DNA from: a virus
Lineage: Duplodnaviria; Caudoviricetes
Reading direction: 5' to 3' (one strand)
DNA length: 64,000 nucleotides
Virus record (IMG/VR): IMGVR_UViG_3300031419_000378
Location: 1 to 64,000 of that record
Shown: positions 58,163 to 64,000 of the stretch, in pieces
Numbering within the stretch: the first letter of the stretch is position 1
Layout of the letters: each line of letters starts with the position of its first letter
Notes under the pieces: generated by a model
What the model saw: the letters and a program-made list of their open reading frames with translations, nothing else
The model's database searches: none
What the model was told of the DNA's origin: nothing
Translations under genes and position numbers: made by a program

Positions 58163-58632
58163 CACATTCAAAAAATCGCATATATGATGGCAAAATTTTT
58201 TAAATGCAGACAGGCTTGCCGTTGGTGGTTGCGTTATCGCGTTCAGCCTGCTGGCTGAGCTTAAGGATGTCATCCCGCTGGCACAGATAAGTCTGTTCAA
58301 TCACTGCTGCTGCCCAGGCTGGCATGTGCGGAGACAAACGGTAATGGATCCACTTGCCGTCTCGTCGGTCGACAAGCAGGCCACTTTCTCTCAGTAAAGC
58401 CAGGTGACGGGAAATTTTGGGTTGTGATTCTTTCAGCGTGGATGAAAGCTCGCAGACGCAGAGTTCACCTTTTTCGCGCAGTAACAGCACCAGGCTGAGC
58501 CGGGTTTCGTCAGACAGGTTTTTGAAAAGCTGCAGGGGCATAAATGGTGGCATGACATTCTCCTGAATTACAGAGTCCAGTGTCGTTTCCAGGACTGCGC
58601 ATGTCAATTTTATATTCGATTAAGCATATATG
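58163..58632. promoter_or_regulatory. Two ArsR-type boxes, upstream of arsB (58163-58186) and upstream of arsR (58611-58632)
   Basis: Shared ATTC-N7/8-CATATATG pattern like the recalled E. coli ars operator. Confidence 0.45.
58200..58553 (-). CDS. arsR: Arsenic-responsive repressor ArsR (start uncertain)
   Basis: LFKNLSDETRL..ELCVCEL...L.ESQPKISRHLALLRESGLL.DRR.GKW..YRLSPH.P.WAA. Confidence 0.92.
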   Translation of the reverse strand: MPPFMPLQLFKNLSDETRLSLVLLLREKGELCVCELSSTLKESQPKISRHLALLRESGLLVDRRDGKWIHYRLSPHMPAWAAAVIEQTYLCQRDDILKLSQQAERDNATTNGKPVCI

Positions 58633-58646
58633 TTAAGGCGGTCATC

Positions 58647-59080
58647 ATGGTCTGTGACAGTCATCAGGTGCACGGGCTGTTCACAGTGGCAGATACGGTA
58701 ACAGAAAGCAGTCTCGAGGCGAGCAGTCAGCTGCACAGCCTGGACGTCAGAACGTCCAGGCTGTTCGGGGAAAAGGTACATACGGTGCTGGCCCGCGCCG
58801 ATATCGGCTTTGCCGTGGGCGCAATGCGCACAGATACCGCCATCGAAACTGCCGACGGGGCTCTGACGGAGGATGACTTACGTAAAATTCCGGCCTTTGT
58901 CCGGCTCTCCAGGAGACATACGGCGTGCTGGTCAGGAACATCATTATGGCAGTTGGCATCAAGGCAGCATTTCTGGCCCTGACCATTGCCGGAATGGGGA
59001 CCATGTGGATGGCGGTGTTCGCGGATGTGGGTGCAAGTCTGCTTGTAGTGGTAAACGGCCTGCGCCTGTTGCGTCAGTAG
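58647..59080 (+). pseudogene. Internally deleted, frameshifted ZntA/CadA P1B-ATPase 3' remnant
   Basis: GLFTVADTV.ESS; LARADIGFAVGAMRTDTAIETAD..DDLRKIPAFVRLSR; shifted frame GMGTMWMAVFADVGASLLVVVNGLRLLRQ*. Confidence 0.8.
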
Positions 59081-59319
59081 CCGGATCGGCTGCCCGTCGG
59101 GTGGGTACTGCAGATAATGTCGCTTTTCGCGTACACCAAAACCCTTGCCACCTGAACAGCTTACAGGGCATGTTCAGGCAGCCCTGTCTTTTGTTGCGCA
59201 TTATCTGTTACTACTGCGTTTTTCCCGCAAAAGGTCAGGCAGGGCTGGCGACGACAATTTTTTGCTTTCCGGCGTATGAAGTAGCTGTCCCTTGCTTCGT
59301 ACCGTGGATGACAGAAAAT

Positions 59320-59646
59320 TCATGCTGCCATATTTCTGCACTCCTGAGCACAATGATGGCATGCTTCTGCGCATTTTTTACAGTGTTCGTGCTCATGCTG
59401 GCCGCACTCATCCCCGCATTTCTGGCAGGCTTCAGCGCAGATCCTGCAGATTTCTGTAGCAAACTCACTGTCAAGCGTCATTAATTTTGCCGCCATCCTG
59501 CAGATACTTGCGCACTGCATGTCCTGGCTTATGCATTCACGCATCATATCGAGCTGAGGCTCCTTCAGGCACGATGCGACACAGTAATCACAGGTTGCGG
59601 CACAGATGTAGCAGGCTTCAATGCAGTTGCGATAATGCTCTGACAT
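59320..59646 (-). CDS. Four-helix-bundle Cu(I) storage protein (Csp3/DUF326-like)
   Basis: Repeated CxxxC motifs (CIEACYICAATCDYC..CAEACQKCGDEC..HCKKCAEAC); no signal peptide. Confidence 0.85.
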   Translation of the reverse strand: MSEHYRNCIEACYICAATCDYCVASCLKEPQLDMMRECISQDMQCASICRMAAKLMTLDSEFATEICRICAEACQKCGDECGQHEHEHCKKCAEACHHCAQECRNMAA

Positions 59647-59936
59647 ATTGTCCTCTCTCACTCGGCTTATTTGCGAATAAGTGGTAAGCCTGGAACAAAA
59701 TCATCATTGGCGCAAAGATACCGCTGTACTCAGCACGGCCGGCAGTTTAACGATGCGGAAAGCGAGAAGGCAGTAAAAAAGAGCCCGTCGCAGCAAGACG
59801 GGCCGGCTCACGTAAGCCTTGAAAGAAGATTTACCGGAAAAAGTATTAATGATGAGGGTAAAACACAACCACATCCCGGAGCAGTGACAGAAACGGACAG
59901 AAGATACCGGGCGAACCTTCTGTCCGGTACGACCCG

Positions 59937-60167
59937 TTATTTTTCCTGCTGCATCATCCTGCGGTGCATATCAATGATGCTCTGATGTGCTGCAGAATTT
60001 GCATTATCCATACTCTGGTGCGCCAGGATGGCACGCTCATGTTCATTCATCATGGCAACAGCGTTATTAGTTACCTGACCGTCCGGCTCTGAAACAGGAT
60101 GCGGCTGTGCCCATACTGATGAGGCAGAAAACAGGGCCAGAAGAGAAACAAACATTAATTTTTTCAT
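59937..60167 (-). CDS. Small PcoE/SilE-like periplasmic metal-binding protein
   Basis: Signal peptide then MMNEHERA..AHQ.M..AHQ..IDMHRRMM. Confidence 0.7.
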   Translation of the reverse strand: MKKLMFVSLLALFSASSVWAQPHPVSEPDGQVTNNAVAMMNEHERAILAHQSMDNANSAAHQSIIDMHRRMMQQEK

Positions 60168-60264
60168 GTCGGCAGTCCTTACGATTAAAAGTTAAATAAT
60201 GGCGGGCCGGATGCTCTCCGGCTTCAGTCATTTTTATCGTACAGGAGAAAAATGCTTCCGATCG

Positions 60265-60322
60265 AAAATGACAGAAATGTAATGTAAAAACAGTAAGTTC
60301 CAACATTACACAATTGTAATCA
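60265..60322. promoter_or_regulatory. Two CusR/PcoR-type copper boxes for divergent promoters
   Basis: AAAATGACAGAAATGTAATG (60265-60284) and ATTACA-caat-TGTAAT (60305-60320). Confidence 0.65.
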
Positions 60323-60453
60323 TGTCCGTCTTTCAGCTGTGATAGCTTTCCGGTAACAAAAAATAAACTTCCTGAACGGTAAGCACGGCTTGTGCTTGCG
60401 GAGCGGAGAGATTTTTTCTCCCGGGATACTGTGAATTTTGCCGGAGCTCAGTC

Positions 60454-62274
60454 ATGGAACTTAAAAGTTCACGACGTAATTTTATTAAAGGGATAACCGC
60501 CGCCGGTCTCGTGGGCGGCCTGGGGCTGAGAACGTTTGATGCGCTCTCGGCGGTAAGCCTGATGCAGTCCCGCACGCTGACCGGGACCGACTTTGATCTG
60601 TTTATCGGCGAAACACCACTGAATATCACCGGTAAGACCCGTTATGCAAAAACCATAAATGCGGGTCTTCCGGGGCCGCTGCTGCGCTGGAAAGAAGGCG
60701 ACACTGTCACGCTAAGGGTAAAAAACCGCCTGTCAGAGCCGACCTCTGTTCACTGGCATGGCATTATCCTGCCGGCAAATATGGATGGCGTACCGGGTCT
60801 CAGTTTTCACGGTATCGAACCGGACGACACGTATGTTTACTCCTTTAAAATAAAGCAGAACGGAACTTACTGGTATCACAGCCATTCCGGTCTGCAGGAG
60901 CAGGAAGGAGTATACGGTCCGATTATTATCGATGCCGCTGAACCTGAGCCGTTTCAGTGGGACAGCGAGCAGGTAGTGCTGTTGACCGACTGGTCTGATG
61001 AAAAAGCCTCAGACATTCTCGCAAAACTGAAAAAGCAGTCAGATTATTACAACTTCGCTAAACCCACCGCTACCGACTTTTTCCGTGATGCGCGGGAGAA
61101 AGGCCTCGCGAATACGCTGGCTGACCGGAAAATGTGGGCTGAAATGAAGATGAACCCGACAGATCTGGCCGACGTCAGTGGTTTCACATACACCTACCTG
61201 ATGAACGGACAGGGACCCGGTAAAAACTGGACCGGTCTGTTCCGTAAAGGTGAGAAAGTACGCCTGCGCTTCATTAACGGCTCGGCCATGACTTATTTTG
61301 ACGTTCGTATTCCCGGTCTGAAAATGACGGTCGTGGCTGCAGACGGACAGTATGTCACCCCCGTGTCCGTTGATGAGTTCCGTATCGCCGTTGCCGAAAC
61401 CTACGATGTGATCGTAGAGCCGACTGATGATGCTTACACTATTTTTGCTCAGTCTATGGACCGCAGCGGCTATGCGCGTGGCACGCTTGCCGTCCGGGGG
61501 GGGCTGTCAGCAACGGTTCCGAAACCCGATCCGCGTCCCTGGCTGACCATGGATGATATGGGCATGGGCGGGATGGATCATGGCAGCATGGGCGGGATGG
61601 ATCACAGTCAGATGCAGGGCATGAACGGCGGCGATATGCAGAGTATGGATGGTTCAGATATACCAGCCCCTCCAACAGACAGCATGGCGGGAATGGATCA
61701 CAGCGCCATGAGCGGTATGGATCACGCAAGCATGGCTGGCATGAGTGACATGCAAAAACACCCGGCTTCCGAAACGAATAACCCTCTGGTCGATATGCAG
61801 GCAATGATGCCGTCAGCAAAATTAAATGACCCGGGCATCGGTCTGCGTAATAACGGCAGAAAAGTTCTGACTTATGCTGACCTGAAAAGTACGTTTGAGG
61901 ATCCGGACGGCCGTGAACCCTCCCGTACTATCGAACTGCACCTTACGGGGCATATGGAAAAGTTTGCCTGGTCTTTCAACGGTATCAAATTCTCAGATTC
62001 AGAACCGGTTACGCTCCGCTACGGTGAACGCGTTCGTATCGTACTGGTCAACGACACCATGATGACGCACCCCATTCATCTTCACGGTATGTGGAGTGAT
62101 CTTGAAGACGAGGATGGCAACTTCCAGGTACGTAAACATACCATTGATATGCCTCCGGGAACCCGCCGCAGCTATCGCGTCACGGCTGACGCACTCGGGC
62201 GGTGGGCCTATCACTGCCATCTTCTTTTCCATATGGAAACGGGCATGTTCCGTGAAGTCCGGGTCATTGAATGA
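60454..62274 (+). CDS. pcoA: Multicopper oxidase CopA/PcoA
   Basis: Tat signal SRRNFIK; HWHG, WYHSH, HPIHLHG, HCHLLFH; Met-rich MDH repeats. Confidence 0.96.
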   Translation: MELKSSRRNFIKGITAAGLVGGLGLRTFDALSAVSLMQSRTLTGTDFDLFIGETPLNITGKTRYAKTINAGLPGPLLRWKEGDTVTLRVKNRLSEPTSVHWHGIILPANMDGVPGLSFHGIEPDDTYVYSFKIKQNGTYWYHSHSGLQEQEGVYGPIIIDAAEPEPFQWDSEQVVLLTDWSDEKASDILAKLKKQSDYYNFAKPTATDFFRDAREKGLANTLADRKMWAEMKMNPTDLADVSGFTYTYLMNGQGPGKNWTGLFRKGEKVRLRFINGSAMTYFDVRIPGLKMTVVAADGQYVTPVSVDEFRIAVAETYDVIVEPTDDAYTIFAQSMDRSGYARGTLAVRGGLSATVPKPDPRPWLTMDDMGMGGMDHGSMGGMDHSQMQGMNGGDMQSMDGSDIPAPPTDSMAGMDHSAMSGMDHASMAGMSDMQKHPASETNNPLVDMQAMMPSAKLNDPGIGLRNNGRKVLTYADLKSTFEDPDGREPSRTIELHLTGHMEKFAWSFNGIKFSDSEPVTLRYGERVRIVLVNDTMMTHPIHLHGMWSDLEDEDGNFQVRKHTIDMPPGTRRSYRVTADALGRWAYHCHLLFHMETGMFREVRVIE

Positions 62275-62308
62275 GGTACTGCTGATGTCAGTTTCAGGGT
62301 GGAGTGAT

Positions 62309-63217
62309 ATGAAAAAGAATGTGTCGCGTTCTGCGGCAGGATTGCTGGTTTGGTCTGCACTTGCCGGAACGACGTTTACACCCGTCTATGCCGCGCCAGC
62401 GCATAACATGCAGCAGCATGATATGTCAGGGATGGAACATTCTGCTATGGGCGGGATGGAGCCGATGGATGGTATGGAGTCCATGCAACCCGCTGCGTCA
62501 GCAGAAAGCAGAACGCCCATCCCGCCGGTTACCGAGGCTGACCGTAAGGCGGCATTTCCGGATGTCCACGGTCATAAAGTTCATGACAGCAGCGTGAATT
62601 ACTTTCTGCTTGCCGATCAGCTGGAATGGCAGAAAAACAACGATCCTGGCGGATTCAGCTGGGATGTGAGCGGCTGGATTGGGGGTGACATTGACCGGCT
62701 CTGGATGCGCAGCGAAGGCGAAACCAGCGACGGTAAAGCTGAATCCGCAGAAGTGCAGGCACTGTGGGGACATGCCATTACGCCCTGGTGGGACGTGGTT
62801 GCCGGGGCCCGACAGGATTTCCGGCCCGGAAAGCCCCAGACCTGGCTTGCCGCCGGCCTGCAGGGAATGGCCCTTTACAATTTTGAAACCGAGCTGACAG
62901 CGTTTGCCGGCGAGAAGGGGCGAACTGCGCTGAGGCTGGAGGCGGATTACGATGTGCTGCTGACCAACCGTCTGATCCTGCAGCCTTCCTTTGAAGCCAA
63001 TCTTTACGGGAAAGATGATGAAGCGCGTGAAACCGGTAAGGGACTGTCCAGTACGGAACTCTCACTGCGCCTTCGCTACGAGGTGAAACGTGAGTTTGCT
63101 CCATACGTCGGGGTTTCCTGGAGCCAGCTTTACGGTAATACCGCCGATATGGCTGCCCGTGAAGGAGAAAAAGATAACGAAGTGCGTTTCCTTCTCGGGG
63201 CACGCATGTGGTTCTGA
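62309..63217 (+). CDS. pcoB: Copper resistance outer-membrane protein CopB/PcoB
   Basis: [58 protein letters not shown]. Confidence 0.95.
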   Translation: MKKNVSRSAAGLLVWSALAGTTFTPVYAAPAHNMQQHDMSGMEHSAMGGMEPMDGMESMQPAASAESRTPIPPVTEADRKAAFPDVHGHKVHDSSVNYFLLADQLEWQKNNDPGGFSWDVSGWIGGDIDRLWMRSEGETSDGKAESAEVQALWGHAITPWWDVVAGARQDFRPGKPQTWLAAGLQGMALYNFETELTAFAGEKGRTALRLEADYDVLLTNRLILQPSFEANLYGKDDEARETGKGLSSTELSLRLRYEVKREFAPYVGVSWSQLYGNTADMAAREGEKDNEVRFLLGARMWF

Positions 63218-63248
63218 TGCAGTTAATTCAAACAAGACAGGTATTATA

Positions 63249-63629
63249 ATGAAACATTCATCTGCTAAGTATTTCATCGCTGTTGTGGCTTCTGTCACTG
63301 CTTTCGCTGTCCAGGCACATCCTGAACTGGCTTCATCAGTGCCTTCAGACAAGGCACAGGTTGCGGCTCCTTCAAAAGTAGAGCTTCACTTCACCGAAAA
63401 TCTGGTGACCAAATTCTCTGGCGCACGTCTGATAATGACTGCCATGCCGGGCATGTCATCGCACGCGCCAATGCCTGTTGCAGCTAAAGTTGCAGCCGGC
63501 AGCGATCCCAAAACCATGATTATCACGCCGGCAAAGCCGCTGCCCGCCGGGACTTATAAGGTGGAATGGCGTGCGGTGTCATCTGACACACATCCCCGTA
63601 CCGGCAACTACAGTTTTAGCGTGAAGTAA
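63249..63629 (+). CDS. pcoC: Periplasmic copper chaperone CopC/PcoC
   Basis: AHPEL after the signal peptide; MTAMPGM; WRAVSSDTHP. Confidence 0.95.
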   Translation: MKHSSAKYFIAVVASVTAFAVQAHPELASSVPSDKAQVAAPSKVELHFTENLVTKFSGARLIMTAMPGMSSHAPMPVAAKVAAGSDPKTMIITPAKPLPAGTYKVEWRAVSSDTHPRTGNYSFSVK

Positions 63630-63633
63630 TGCT

Positions 63634-64000
63634 ATGAACGATCAGACTTTTATTGTCATCCGGTTTCTTCTTTACCTTGATCTTATGGTTCTTTTTGGCC
63701 TGCCTTTATTTGAGCTTTATGCCCTGAAAGGCGTCTTAAAAAAACCGGTATCTTTGTTCAGCGTCTGGTCGTTCTTTTTCACGCTCATTTCTGCCGGGAT
63801 TGTGTTGTCACTGGCAAACATGCTGCTGGTTGCCCAGTCTATGAGCGGTGTCAGCGACCCCGGTGAGCTGACTCTGCACATTATTGAAATGGTGGTCGGC
63901 GAGACCGCTGTTGGCATGAGCTGGGTTGTCCGGCTCGTTGCCCTGACCATCGCCTTTGTCGGGCTCGGTCTGCGGCTCAGGAATGCCGTACTTTCACGTT
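63634..64000 (+). CDS. pcoD: Inner-membrane CopD/PcoD (5' partial, runs off window)
   Basis: Manual translation MNDQTFIVIRFLLYLDLMVLFGLPLFELY..SMSGVS..ETAVGMSWVVRL. Confidence 0.88.
   Translation, partial: MNDQTFIVIRFLLYLDLMVLFGLPLFELYALKGVLKKPVSLFSVWSFFFTLISAGIVLSLANMLLVAQSMSGVSDPGELTLHIIEMVVGETAVGMSWVVRLVALTIAFVGLGLRLRNAVLSR

Larger units (their letters stand above)
51892..64000. mobile_element. umuC-inserted two-tyrosine-recombinase element carrying ars/pco genes (right end outside window)
   Basis: umuC truncation junction followed directly by the recombinase pair and metal-resistance cargo. Confidence 0.65.

Noticed and set aside
58873-59484. 203-aa ORF spanning the ATPase remnant
   Set aside because: Not the ATPase frame; it runs antisense into the Csp3-like gene and has no coherent motif
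55098-64000. Further A/B palindromic sites among the ars/pco genes
   Set aside because: None seen; the palindromes here (56281 terminator, about 58740) are unrelated, so the metal genes are not organised as cassettes

Overview
Enterobacterial chromosome window (host probably Pantoea/Erwinia-like; this is an inference) with three layers. (1) 1-158: 3' end of host yddW/digH. (2) About 420-43600: an apparently complete lambdoid siphovirus prophage. It has int/xis, a left operon (ParB-like, Gp157, RecE-N/Rad52 fusion, a tRNA-like RNA, kil), DicA/DicC-type immunity, replication, Q, lysis, morons (HTH-ImmA/IrrE + DUF4411 PIN), a ParB + GREB1-like glycosyltransferase module before the terminase, full head/tail genes and an AmsF/WceF-like tailspike. 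No attR was found, so the prophage may run past the window. (3) 43636-64000: an AT-rich array of gene cassettes (nuclease-fold, FRG, HEPN with a tRNA-like RNA, deaminase, hypotheticals) delimited by 13 copies of a 24-bp palindrome, GTCCGCTT-N8-AAGCGGAC, plus one degenerate copy. The sites come in two spacer classes and are often paired 15 bp apart. The array is followed by umuD'-like and umuC genes; umuC is interrupted by a Tn554-like pair of tyrosine recombinases that abuts one of the palindromes and precedes arsenic (arsRH, arsRBC) and copper (pcoE-like, pcoABCD) resistance genes. The best candidates for an undescribed system are the palindrome-delimited cassette array with its recombinase pair and the tRNA-mimic/HEPN cassette. 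All family assignments come from motif reading and recall; no database searches were run.
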